NCBI RefSeq assembly: GCF_004010195.1
Contig: NC_057751.1
Coordinates: 8,298,404-8,362,403, forward strand
Direction of reading: 5' to 3'
DNA from: Chiloscyllium plagiosum
Taxonomy: Eukaryota
Length of the DNA stretch: 64,000 nt
The first letter of the stretch is position 1. Every line of letters begins with the position of its first letter. The notes under the pieces are model-generated. The model saw only the letters and a list, made by a program, of their open reading frames with translations, made no database searches and was not told where the DNA came from. Below are positions 1 through 11,295 of the stretch, piece by piece. The translations under genes and the position numbers were made by a program.

Positions 1-126
1 AGATTGGGACTGAAAAGAGGAGAACAACTCTTTGGTCATCTTCAAATAGGCTCCATCAGATTGAACATCATCCAAGTCAATGACACAGCAAGACAAGAAC
101 CTTGGTTTCATGTCTTTAAAAACCAG

Positions 127-164
127 GATTCCTGAAGAAGGGCCTGTGCCCGAAACGTCGAATC
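127..164 (+). ncRNA. Minimal type I hammerhead ribozyme motif (family A)
   Basis: Stem I GATTC 127-131/GAATC 160-164; CTGAAGA 132-138; extra A139; stem II GGGC/GCCC 140-151; GAA; palindromic ACGT 155-158; predicted cleavage after C159 (GUC). Confidence 0.7.
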
Positions 165-255
165 TCCTGTGCCCTGGATGCTGCCTGACCTGCTGTGCTG
201 TTCCAGCAATAAAGTTTCAACTTTGATCTCCAGCATCTGCAGACCTCACTTTCTC
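129..255 (+). mobile_element. PLE-derived hammerhead mini-element, family A
   Basis: Starts TTCCTGAAGAAGGGC..GCCCGAAACGTCG and ends ...CTCACTTTCTC; perfect 15-bp TSD CTTTAAAAACCAGGA at 114-128 and 256-270. Confidence 0.85.
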
Positions 256-989
256 CTTTAAAAACCAGGACCACTGATAATGTTATATCACTTCAGCGGC
301 ACACTGAAGCATCGGCCTAAGTAATATCATCAGCACCCCAATGTGATGGGTTTCTTTCACAACCTTCAATGAGGATAATAACACCAGCTGGGCCAAGCTG
401 ACCTTAACAATAATTTAGGCTATAAAATCTAAGCACTCCTGTCAATTTGCAACAAACATTCGCATTCCAGATTAAATTGATGCAGAGCAATGTGCGCGTG
501 TAATTCAATTTTGGGATCCAGTTAATGAATATAAAACACTAACAGCTCAGTTGGTTCCTATTTATTGAGGTTTTATGAATCCCTCAATCGAATTAATGTT
601 CTTCAACCCCTTGGTAGACATCCAGGCCCCCACGAAGCTGAAACACATCTACCACTTAACTGAAGCTCATGTTAAAAATTAAACAGAGCTACATCAAGAA
701 CAATAGCTCAAAGATAACAAGGAATATTTCCATCACTTAATATGGATTTCAAAAGCTTCACATGTGGTGTAGACAGGTAACAAGTTGTGTCGCTGTAACG
801 AGGCCTTCCTGATTTGTTCAGAATAAAGTATTTCTGAAACGTAGTGACTCCTTGTCGCATGGATAAATGTAGGAACCACTTCAAATGCAAACATCCCACA
901 CTGACTTGCCAGTTAATGTGGTTTTGATCATTATTTCTGTGGGAGAATGTCTAATACAGGGAGAACTCTTAGATCTTCCACAATCGACA

Positions 990-2160
990 ACTTTGGTAAG
1001 TTGGTACCAATGGCATAGGTAAGAAGAGGGATGGAGTCCTGAAGGCTGAATTTGGGGAGTTTGGAGCCAAATTGAAAACCAGGATCTCAAAAGGTAGTCA
1101 TCTTCAGATTACTACCTGTGCCACATGCTATTTAGGCTAGGAACTGGCAGACTAGGCAGTTTGATACGTGGCTGGGGAGGGAGGGCCTTAGATTTCTGAA
1201 TAATGTGGACCATTTCTGGGCAAGGTAGGACCTGTTCAGGATGGACAGTCTTTACCCAAAGCGACGGCACCAACATTCTTGCGGGTGATTTTGCTAGCTT
1301 TGTTGGGTGGTCTTTAAACTAGTTTGGCAATGGGATGGGAACTGAAGTGGAGGATCTGAGTTAGCTATAATCAGTGAGGGCTTAAGGGAAAAGAGAATCA
1401 AGATAGTAAATAAAAAGCAAGAAGCAGCTGAGCAGTGCAGCACTTAGATTAGTGCAAACCACATAGTCACAGAAAAGAGCGAGAATGCTTGAAAACAAAG
1501 GTTCCTCTGGTGAAGGTGTTACAATTCAAGAAGAAAGCATTAAAAACTAGCATGAGGGCACTTTACCTGGTAAATTAGTTGACATCACAAATCATCATGA
1601 ATGAGTATGAATTCATGCCCATTACAGAGACATAGCTGCAGGGTGGTCACGACTGGGAGTTAAATATCCAGGGGCATCAGACTATTTGGAAGGCCAGATA
1701 GAAAGGAAAGGGAGGTGGTGTAGCTCTGATAATTTGAGGACAACATCGGGGCGGCAGTGAGAAATGACGTCGGTTCGATGGAGAAAAAGGTTGAATCAAT
1801 TTGGGTGGAAATTTGAAATAGTAAGGGAGAAAAACACTGATTGACGTAGTCTGTAGGCCACCAAATAATAACATCATGGTGGGGCAGTCAATAAACAAAG
1901 AAATAACTGATGCATATCGAAATGGTACTACAATTGTCATGGGGGATTTTAGTCTACATATTGATTGGTCCAACCAAGTCAGTTAAGGTAGCCTTGAGGA
2001 CGGGTTCAGAGAATGGATCCCCAGTAGTTTCCTCAAACAGCATGTAATGGAACCCATGAGGGCGGAAGCTGTTCTCAATATGGTCCTATGTAATAAGTTA
2101 GAAATGATTGATCATCTCATAGCTGGGAATCCCATCAGAAGGAGCAATGACAGTATGGTT
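990..2160 (+). mobile_element. CR1-type LINE fragment (end of ORF1 plus APE endonuclease region of ORF2), decayed
   Basis: Interrupted translations ITET*LQGGHDWELNIQG..KGKGGGVAL and IVMGDFSLHIDW, typical of CR1 endonuclease. Confidence 0.8.
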
Positions 2161-2164
2161 GTGT

Positions 2165-3083
2165 TATCTGGCAGGATACATTTCGGAAATGACTGCCAGA
2201 CGACTCAGACCCCTTTGCATCATGGTAGCCCACAAACCTACCAACAAACTATAACAGCAGCTAATGAACTTGAAAGACCCTATACAGATAACAAGCAATA
2301 CTAATGTCATTTACAAAATACCTTGCAAGAACTGTAACAAACACTACATTGGACAAACAGGCAGAAAACTAGCCACCAGTACCTGTACATCAACTCATCA
2401 TAAAAAGACTTGACCTACTCTCACTAATATCCTTTCATACGGATGAGGAAGAACACCACTTCGACTGGGACAACACCACAAACCTACCAACAAACTATAA
2501 CAGCAGCTAATGAACTTGAAAGACCCTATACAGATAACAAGCAATACTAATGTCATTTGCAAAATACCTTGCAAGGACTGTAACAAACACTACATTGGAC
2601 AAACAGGCAGAAAACTAGCCACCAGCATACCTGTACATCAACTCATCATAAAAAGACTTGACCTACTCTCACTAGTATCCTTTCATACGGATGAGGAAGA
2701 ACACCACTTCGACTGGGACAACACATCTATCCTTGGACAAGCCAAACAGCGACATGCACGAGAATTCCTAGAAGTATGGCATTCCAACTGGAACTCTATC
2801 AACAAACACATTGACTTGGATCCCATTTACGACCCCCTGAGAAAAAGAACCGGAAATGACATCACCATAGGCAATTGCATCATCACAGGAAATGACATCG
2901 CCAACCCAAGGAAACTGAAACACATAATAGAAAGCGGGCTACACCACCAGTGCTTCATCCGAGGCTCACTGAAGATGTTACCTAGTATGATGATGAAACG
3001 TTTGAAAGCGAACCTTCCAGCTCAGCGAGCAAACCTACATCCAGAACCTCAACCTGAGCTACAAATATTCTCAAAAACTCACT
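2165..3083 (+). mobile_element. Penelope-like element 3' fragment (GIY-YIG region plus pLTR with hammerhead motif, family D)
   Basis: GIY-YIG peptide followed by CTGAAGATGTTACC..GAAACG and a 3' tail; related copy on the minus strand at about 22210-22500. Confidence 0.85.
2230..2721 (+). repeat. 246-bp tandem duplication inside the PLE endonuclease region
   Basis: CACAAACCTACCAACAAACTATAAC starts at 2231 and again at 2477. Confidence 0.9.
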
Positions 3084-3085
3084 AA
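2510..3085 (+). pseudogene. GIY-YIG endonuclease domain of a Penelope-like element (remnant ORF)
   Basis: NVICKIPCKDCNKHYIGQTGRKLAT...HHFDWDNTSILG...AREFLE..HS...SIN: PLE GIY-YIG signature with CxxC between the motifs; no RT domain upstream. Confidence 0.85.
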
Positions 3086-3455
3086 ACTGCAGAGGGAAGT
3101 AGATCGGTTAAGTGAGTGGGCAAGGATCAGAAAGTGTGGCGCTGGAAAAGCACTGCAATTCAGACAGCATCTGAGGAGCAGGAGAGCATAAGCCCTTGAA
3201 GGGAGGGCAAGGGTCTGGCAAATGGTGTACAATGTTGGAAAATATGAGGTCATCCATTTTGGTAGGAATAATAATAATACAGACTATTATTTAAATGGTG
3301 AAAAATTGCAACATACTGCTGTGCAGAGGGACCTGGGTGTCCTAGTGCATGAATCACAAAACACTGGTTTATAGATGCAGCGGTTTATTAAGATGGCAAA
3401 TGGAATACTGTCCTTTCTTGCTAGAGGGATGGAGTTTAAATACAGTGAGGTTATG
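3084..3455 (+). mobile_element. CR1 ORF2 C-terminal fragment, interrupted by a family A remnant (about 3128-3198, minus strand)
   Basis: KYEVIHFGRNN..., QRDLGVLVHES, KMANGILSFLARGMEFK motifs. Confidence 0.75.
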
Positions 3456-3457
3456 TT

Positions 3458-3541
3458 AAGAAGAGCTTATGCCCGAAACGTCGATTCTCCTGCTCCTTGG
3501 ATGCTGCCTGACCTGCTGCGCTCTTCCAACAACACATTTTT
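3458..3541 (+). mobile_element. Family A PLE/hammerhead fragment
   Basis: GCTTATGCCCGAAACGTCGATTCTCCTGCTCCTTGGATGCTGCCTGACC. Confidence 0.8.
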
Positions 3542-3789
3542 CTGCCATGTGATAAAGGCTTGCAATGTTAACAGTATGTAATTGCTCATGAGTACAGTTG
3601 ATGACAACTGATAGCCGAATGGTTATGTTTGAGCAGAAAATATGACCCTAAAAGATTTTCTATGAGTCCAGGTGTTTGAAGCAAATGATGTCAAATGCTG
3701 ATGGGAGTGGGATCTGAAGAATGCTCATGAGAACGTAAGAACATAGGAGGCAAGTCTTTCCATACAAAGGGAGATGAGTTCCTGTAACG

Positions 3790-4270
3790 GGCTGCAAGAG
3801 GAGGTGGTGGAAGCAGACACAATAGTGACATTCAAGAAGCACTCGAATGTGTACATGAATAGGAAAGGAATAGAGGGATGTGGATCCTGGAAGTGAAGGC
3901 AGTTTTAGTATGGAAGGGCAAAATGTGTCAGCGCAGGATTGAAGGACTGAACAGTCTGTTCCTTTGTTGCACTATTCTTTGTTCTATAAGAAATCAGAGT
4001 CGGAGTCGGGCATCTGGCCCATTGAGCCTGCTCTGCCACTCAACAAGACCATGACTGATCTTTTCATGGATTCAGCAGCACTTACCCGCCCACTCCCTGT
4101 AATCCTTAATTCCTTTACTGTTCAAATATTTATCTATCTTTGCCTTAAAAACATTCAATGAGGTAGCCTCAACTGCTTCACTGGACAGGGAATTCCACAG
4201 ATTCGTAACCTTTTAGATGAAGAAGTTCCTCCTCACCTCAGTCCTAACTCTGCTCCACCTTATTTTGAGG
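3790..4270. mobile_element. Two CR1 3'-end fragments (+ about 3790-3985; - about 3995-4270)
   Basis: GAGGTGGTGGAAGCAGACAC..GGGATGTGG on +; GAATTCCACAGATTC..GAAGAAGTTCCTCCTCA reads as CR1 on -. Confidence 0.65.
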
Positions 4271-4387
4271 GCATAAGCCCGAAACGTCGATTCTCCTGCT
4301 CCTTTGATGCTGCCTGACCTGCTGCGCTTTTCCAGCAACACATTTTTCAGCTCTGATCTCCAGCATCTGCAGTCCTCACTTTCTCCT
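4268..4387 (+). mobile_element. Family A PLE/hammerhead element, 5' truncated
   Basis: GGGCATAAGCCCGAAACGTCGATTCTCC...CTCACTTTCTCC. Confidence 0.8.
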
Positions 4388-4662
4388 AATTTATCACATG
4401 GCAGCACTGTTACCAACTCAGAAGATGTGGAATCTCACAGCACTCAAATAGTTATGGCTTGCATCATTTAATTCCCTTCAGCAAAGAGAAGCCAACCAAA
4501 AACAATCATGTGAAAAACTCAACAATCACAAGGACTAAATTTGACTACGTTCCACCAGGTAACATCAACAATCTCACACCATGCACTGTTCTTTGTCCCA
4601 ACAAACATGCCACCGACAAAGCAGACTGTTTAATGGACACTACACTGACCATGTAGTACAGA

Positions 4663-4866
4663 GGAGAAAGTGAGGTCTGCAGATGCTGGAGATCAGAGCT
4701 GAAAGTGTGTTGCTGGAAAAGCGCAGCAGGTCAGGCAGCATCCAGGGAACAGCAGAATCGACGTTTCGGGCAGAAGCCTGAAGAAGGGCTTATGCCCGAA
4801 ACATCGATTCTCCTGTTCCCTGGATGCTGCCTGACCTGCTGCGCTTTTCCAGCAACACACTTTCAG
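4663..4866. mobile_element. Family A head-to-head inverted dimer
   Basis: Minus arm 4663-~4777 and plus arm ~4778-4866; 14-bp TSD CCATGTAGT(A/C)CAGA at 4649-4662 and 4867-4880. Confidence 0.85.
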
Positions 4867-6515
4867 CCATGTAGTCCAGATGCAAACATATATGTGCACA
4901 CTTCTGTTTTTCCAGTCCAGTTCTGTGGGTATCCACCTGTCCATGTCCATTATGAAACATCATTCTACTATCTTTATTCCGGTCAAACTTCTCAATGCAT
5001 GGAGACTGAAATCACAACAGGAATTTACAGGAATTATAGAAATAGGAATTATAAGTTGACATCAACATTACCAACCAGTAGGTACTAAAGTGAAATGTCC
5101 TCCCACCTTGACTGAGTTGAGGCCTCAATCCCCTTCACCAAGTGTTCGTAGCTGATTGAGGTCTCCTGGATCTGTCAACCCACTCTTTCACCTCCCACAA
5201 CACCCAGAATCCATTCATGTCTTCCCTCTCCACATTGGCACCTACATTTTTCTCTCTCCTCCCCACACAACCATATTTCTATCTCTCTCCCACAATCTCT
5301 TTCCGTCAGACTCCCATCTCTCTTTTTCTTGGATTCTCTGTTGAGTTTTCTCCCCCTGAGCTACCCTGGTTTCACTCCCCGATTTTTCCTGATGTCTACC
5401 CCTGTCCCAGGTCTCTCCCCACCCCAACAACCTCACGTTTCCCTCGTCTCTTTCCCAAGTCTCCATGGTTTCGCCTCCCAAATCTCCCTGGTTCTTCGAC
5501 ACACCTGCCATACACTGTCCCGATCTCCTACTCCAAATGCCAACACAGCTGTGGCCAAGCTTTCTGAGACCATGCTCAGGACAGGAAGTAGTGTCAAAGG
5601 GGTGTTAGGTTTAAACCTAGGAGAAAATCTGGTTTTGATGCTGGGAGCTGCAGAGAAACTGCGGACAGCAGACCGAGAATATCAAGTCAGTGGAAGAGCA
5701 GGAGGGAAGCTGAAGTACGGAACTGATCACAAACGTTATCTTTGGATAGTTCATGAGGCAACAGCACAACAAAAGTTGGAGTGCCTGGAAAATGAGAGTC
5801 AGAGCTCAATCACTCCATCATGAGGGGCCACACAAATTCATGAGTGTTGCCGCACCCAGCACAACTGGGGTCACCTAATGAGAGGCGTTCGGCCAATTAG
5901 GAATTAATGGGGATCTGGCTTTGCAATTTTTCATGGTTATCGTCATTTTTACGGTTACCACTGCTTTTCTGATTATCATTCATTTTATAGTTATCTGAGT
6001 TTTTATAGTTCTCATAGTTTTTTTATGGCTGTCATCATTTTTATTGTTTATTGTTTTTACAATTTCTTATGATATTATTGGCTTTATGATGAGTAGAAAG
6101 TTTTTTTTGCACAAAACCAAAATTAATGAATTCAAATCCTACTTCCCATTAATTTTCTACTGCATTTTGTCAGTTCATAAATTGCAGATTGCATTTGTTG
6201 TCAATTTCATGCCTATGGGAGCTCCCTTTTGATGCCCTGGAGAGCTTTCAGTTGATGCCGATGTGAGAGTGTTGATGTCAACTGGAGAACTTCATTTTGA
6301 TGATTTAACATCGCACCCAGCGCTTTAACATCTCTTGCCATTTCATTTGCTCCAAACAGTAACATTTGATGCCAAATGAGAGTCGCGTTATCTTTCAAAT
6401 TGTTCCAACCACAAACAATTTCAACATATTTTTGGTAGGGTCATCTCAAGGTTTGCTGTTTTTTTGGAGGCAACACTTCAACAGAAAATACCAAGATCCA
6501 AAATAAAGCTGAAGA

Positions 6516-6868
6516 CATGAGAGGCATAGATCAGATGAATAGATTAGATCTTTTTTCCAGGGTAGGGGAGTCCAAAACTGGAAGGTATAGGTTTAAGGTG
6601 AGAGGGGAAAGATTTAAAAGGGACCTGAGGGTCAACTCTTTCATGCAGAAGATGGTGTGTGTCGGGAATGAGTTACCAGAGGAAGTGGTGCAGTTTGGTA
6701 ATAAACAACCTTTAAAAGGCTTCTGGATGGCTACATGAATAACAAGAGTTTAGAGGGATATGGGCCTAGTGCTGACAACTGGGACTAGATTGATTTAGGA
6801 TATCTGATCAGCTTGGACGAGTTGGACTGAAGGGTCTGTTTCCATGCTGTTCATCTCGATGACTCTAT
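6516..6868 (+). mobile_element. CR1/HER1-type LINE 3' end
   Basis: MRGIDQMNRLDLFSRVGESKTGRYRFKVRGERFKRDLR; 3' UTR GGACTGAAGGGTCTGTTTCCATGCTG. Confidence 0.85.
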
Positions 6869-7489
6869 GTTTTGGACATGCTGGTTGAATTTGCTTTTCG
6901 CTCCAGAAAGTAATTGCAAATTCTAACCCCGTGACCAGTCACCTCGTAATGGATGGAACATAAAGATTGATTTTGAATTCACACTAACACTGTTGAATTT
7001 CGCCTTTGGGGATCCAAGCCACACAAAACCCATGTTTACACTGCAGACTGTGACCCACAGTTCAGCTCTGGGAACTAAATGTGCTCTGGTTTGACAGCTG
7101 AATCTGGGCAATGCTGTGAGCAGGCACCAATTCTGTGTGTGTATTATCTTCAGTGTTAGTGCTCTGTAAGTCATACAGCCAACACAGATGCAATGACGGG
7201 CCATTGATGACCTTCCTTGACAATCCATCCTGTCCCACACCTGACTGCCACACCTTGTGTGTCACAGTACATAATCTCACCATCTCACCCAAAACCACAT
7301 GATTAAAAAAACATTCCAAATTGGGGAAAGCATTCCTGTCCAAAACAAGTGAAAACTCCCAACATCCCCTACCGAACATACTCTGGTTTTGGCAATGGGA
7401 ATTAATCCAGGAGATCACTCTGATTCCGAACATTTGCTCTCTATCATCTCAGCCAGGTTAATCCATGGTTAAACTGCTCGAGTGGGAGT

Positions 7490-7706
7490 TGGTTAGCTCA
7501 TTTGCCTGGACGGCTGGTTTGCGAAGCAGAATGATGCCTCCAATGCGGGTTCCCACACCAGCTGTGGTCCCCATGAAGATCTCACCTTCTCAAATTCACC
7601 GCTCACCTGAGGCATGGTGACATTCAAAGTTGAACATATCACTAGTAGTCTGCCTCTCATAAAAAAAGCAATCCTATGGTCCTCTGGGACAATGGCGATG
7701 TTACAT
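7490..7706 (+). mobile_element. tRNA-derived SINE (second family)
   Basis: TTAGCTCA..TGGACGGCTGGTTTGCGAAGCAG..GGGTTC head; related copies at about 31686, 49783 and 59450. Confidence 0.7.
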
Positions 7707-7965
7707 TTATACCAGGAGGGCGGAGGATTGATCAGCAAGTGAAGGATAGAGATTCTTCTCCCTACAGCCCCCAAATCATCAACTCAGGTCTGTTGAGAAA
7801 GACCTACTTACGAGATAGGAGCCTGGGCGACGTTGCCGATGTGACAGGTTGGACGAGATAGTGATGGAAACGGCAACCAGGTATGGCATGGATTTGTGCC
7901 TGTCATCCAAATCTCGCCTTTCATAAGCCTTTTTGTGTTTGCAATGGTAGTATCCCTACCGCTGG

Positions 7966-8440
7966 AGCAGAAGCAAAAACAGAAGTTGCTGGAAAAACTC
8001 AGCAATAGACAAACAGGAGGCTGGAAGAACACAGCAAGACAGGCAGCATCAGGAGGTGAAAAAGTCAACGTTTCAGGTATAACCCTTCTTCAGGAATGGA
8101 GGTGGGGATAGGGAGAGCTGCAGATAAAGAGAGGGGGAAGGTTATGGGTGGGGAGACAGCGAGTGTTGACAGGTCAACACAGTAGGTGAATATGACCTGA
8201 CTGCTGTTTCCTTCCAGCCTCCAGCTCGTCTACTTTGGATTCCAGCATCTGCAGTTTTTTTTTTGACTCTGCTGCTCAGCAGGTCTGGCAGCACTTGGGA
8301 AGAGAAATCAAAGTTAACATTTCGGGTCCCATGACCTTCTGAGGAATTTCTCTTCACAGGTGCTGCCAGACCTGCTGAGCTTTTCCAGCATCTTCTGTTT
8401 TGGTGTCTGATTTGCAGCATCCACAGTTCTTTCAGTTTTC
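7966..8440. mobile_element. Cluster of PLE-derived elements (family B and an A-like variant) in both orientations
   Basis: Minus strand reads TTCCTGAAGAAGGGTTATACCTGAAACGTTGAC (about 8065-8097); GCTGCCAGACCTGCTGAG arms inverted around 8270-8440. Confidence 0.7.
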
Positions 8441-8482
8441 TCCGGACCAGAAATCCTAACTGCTCTCGAGATGCTTTTTTTG

Positions 8483-8770
8483 CTCATTCACATGATGTTG
8501 AGATGTCACTGGCTGGGCTAGCATTTAATGCACATTCCTGATTGTCCAGTAAAGAGTCAACCATATTGTACTGGGTCTGGAGTCAAATGTACGCCGGGCC
8601 AAGGAAGGATGACAATTTCCTATCCTGGAGGGAACCAAATGGGTTTTTACTGACAATTGACAATAATCATTAGACTTTTAATGCTGTAAGTTTTAAAATT
8701 GAACTCAAATTTAGATTTGATCCTGAGTCTCTGGATTAATCGCCTCGCGATAACACCACTACGCCATTGT
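8483..8770 (-). mobile_element. tRNA-derived SINE (third family, conserved central domain)
   Basis: Reverse complement of the 20938-21250 element (AGAGTCAACCA..GGGTCTGGAGTCA..CTGGATTAAT). Confidence 0.65.
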
Positions 8771-8936
8771 AGGTTGGTCATAATCACCTGAAGTTCACCT
8801 TGCCCAACAAAATGACCCACAGCAACAACACGTGAGGCAAGGAGCTTCGCAACCAGGAGGGATTCTGCAGTTAAAGGCGTTGGTGTTGGTGGTGCGGACA
8901 TCAATTCACCAGTCGAGGGTTTGGAGGCAATGGTTT

Positions 8937-9224
8937 TTAGATTAGATTCCCTACCGTATGGCAACAAGCCATTTGGCCCAACAGGTCTACACTGACCCTC
9001 CAAAGAGTAACCCACCCAGACCCATTCCCTTACCCTATACTTACCCCCGACTAATGCACCGAACACTATGGGCAATTCAGCATGGCCAGTTTACCGAACC
9101 TGCACATCTTTGCGTTGGGGGACAAACCCGAGTACCCGGAGGAAACCCACACAGACACGGAGAGAATGTGCAAACTCCACACAGGGGTGGGAATTAAATC
9201 CAGATCCCTGGCGCTGTGCCACCC
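8937..9224 (-). mobile_element. HE1/V-SINE
   Basis: V-domain GGAGGAAACCCAC..GTGCAAACTCCACAC; (TTAGA)n tail. Confidence 0.85.
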
Positions 9225-9559
9225 AAAAAAGCTTTAGTAAGTCATCCTTTGTCAGCTGGTGTCTCTCTACCCTTCCCCCTTTTTTGAGGAGTCCTGTCTG
9301 GAAGACGAACCGCCACACTCTCCAACACAGGCAAGGCTCCTCCACCTCGCTCTACCCTATCAAACTCCCTCATTCCCCCCACTATCCTACCTCACTCCCC
9401 ACTGCCTACACTAGCCCTCCTTAAATCTAACCCCTTGACTACTCCCCGCTAACCCTCTCTCCCTCTCATCACCCTCTATCTGCCCACTGGTTCTGCTTAA
9501 CCTCGAACTTGTCACTGACTAGGGGTAAATCACAGGTTACACCACCTTACCCCAGTTCC

Positions 9560-9868
9560 AACCATACAGCTCAGCACCATCCCCATGGCCTATCCCAACT
9601 GTCAGTTTTCCTTCCCACCTCCTCTCTGACCCATCACCTTCACCCCACTTCCATCCACCTACTGCACTCTCAGCTACCTTCTCCCCAGCCCCATCCCCCC
9701 TTCTATTTATCTATCCATCCCTGAGGTTGCCAGCCTCATTCCTGATGAAGGGCTCCTGCCTGAAATGTCGATTCTCCTGGTCCTCGGATGCTGCATGACC
9801 TGCTGTGCTTTTCCAGCACCAAACATTCATGACTCTGACCTCCAGCATCTGCAGTCCTCACTTTCTCC
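9560..9868 (+). mobile_element. Family A PLE 3' region with upstream C-rich segment
   Basis: CATTCCTGATGAAGGGCTCCTGCCTGAAATGTCGATTCTCC...CTCACTTTCTCC. Confidence 0.75.
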
Positions 9869-10359
9869 GAGTAGATCGCAGGTAGGCAAGTGTGCATCAT
9901 TTCAGCCACTCAGCCTCCCATGGTGTGTGGCATCAGCACAGAACAAAGTCAGGCAGAGAAGGGACAGCTGCTGTCAAAAATAGACCTCAAGTGCAGTAAA
10001 CCAGGAAGTGGCACTCCATCAATGACACCACTGTTTGGGAGAGAGCATTAAGCTATGGCTGCAATTTCCACATTCAGCGTGGAAGGTGCAGCAAAACCAA
10101 AGCAGCAGAGAGGTCTGCCAACATTCGTCCCGCAGGCAACACTGTCCCCACACACCTGGCCAGTCATCTCCCCGCTGTTATGAGCTGGTTTTCTGGTAAG
10201 TGGTTGGCGTCAGCAAGAGAACTGCTTTTTTTTTGAGAAACTGTGCCAAGGCTTGACACAAACGTCATAGGCAGTAAATCAGTTTGTTTCCCCATTGGAC
10301 GTTGCCCAATGCCATTCGAAAATAAATTGAAGTTTCTAAGACTTCCTGAAGGACATCTT

Positions 10360-10689
10360 TTAGATTAGATTAGATTAGATTACTTACAGTGTGGAAACAG
10401 GCCCTTCGGCCCAACAAGTCCACACCGAACCGCCGAAGCGTAACTGACCCAGACCCATTTCCCTACATTTATCCCTTCACCTAACACTACGGGCAACTTA
10501 GCATGGCCAATTCGCCTGACCTGCACATTTTTTGGATTGTGGGAGGAAACCGGAGCACCCGGAGGAAACCCACGCAGACACGGGGAGAACGTGCAAACTC
10601 CACACAGTCAGTCGCCTGAAGCGGGAATTGAACCCGGATCTCTGGCGCTGTGAGGCAACAGTGCTAACCACTGTGCCACCGTGCCGCCC
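10360..10689 (-). mobile_element. HE1/V-SINE, full length
   Basis: tRNA-like head GGGCGGCACGGTGGCACAGTGGTTAGCAC (box A), GGGTTCAATTCCC (box B), V-domain, (TCTAA)n tail. Confidence 0.9.
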
Positions 10690-11095
10690 ACCCACTGTGC
10701 CAAGGTACCGCCCACAATACCTCTCAAATAAAATGTTTTCCCTTGTGCTATGGGCTGCTGGGGCACATCTTGATTTTTATGGTCCAATTTGGCATGCATT
10801 TCAGGATCATATCTGATTTTGTTAGAAGTTAATGTTTCATCGCGATTTGAAATCTCTGTGGTTCAGTGAATAATGGTGTTCAGGAAGTGCTTTCTCGAGG
10901 GAATGAGTCTTTGTGTCAACTGTGGATGTTGTCTAGGTTGGACAAGAAAAAATGGCGTTATCACGACAGGTACTTTGTGCACTTCAGTACTTCAGCATTT
11001 TTTTTGTGGTAGAGGGAATGAGGGCTCCAAGTACATTTAGCTCTGTCAAAGGATCAGCACAGATATCATGGGTGACTGGACTCCTTCCATGCTGT

Positions 11096-11271
11096 CAAGA
11101 TTAGAGTGCTGCTGGAAAAGCACAGCAGGTCAGGCAGCATCCGAGGAGCAGGAAATTCGACGTTTTGGGCAAAAGCCCTTCGTCAGGAATGTCGGATGCT
11201 GCCTGACCTGCTGTGCTTTTACAGCACAACTCTAATCTTGACTCTAATCTCCAGCATCTGAAGTGTCCACA
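11096..11271. mobile_element. Family A inverted dimer
   Basis: 14-bp TSD TCCTTCCATGCTGT at 11082-11095 and 11272-11285. Confidence 0.85.
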
Positions 11272-11295
11272 TCCTTCCATGCTGTGTAATTTACT

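Noticed and set aside
4693..5088. Recurrent Cys-rich peptides (MPETSILLFPGCCLTCCAFPA) in many ORFs
   Set aside because: Translations of the family A repeat on either strand, not a protein family
5329..5823. 164-aa ORF
   Set aside because: Begins in low-complexity C/T-rich DNA; no recognisable domain or convincing splice signals
5930..6090. T-rich quasi-periodic stretch
   Set aside because: Degenerate low-complexity repeat with no constant repeat-spacer structure; not CRISPR
10600..10689. tRNA-like sequences with A/B boxes
   Set aside because: SINE heads continuing into V-domain and tails; no complete cloverleaf seen
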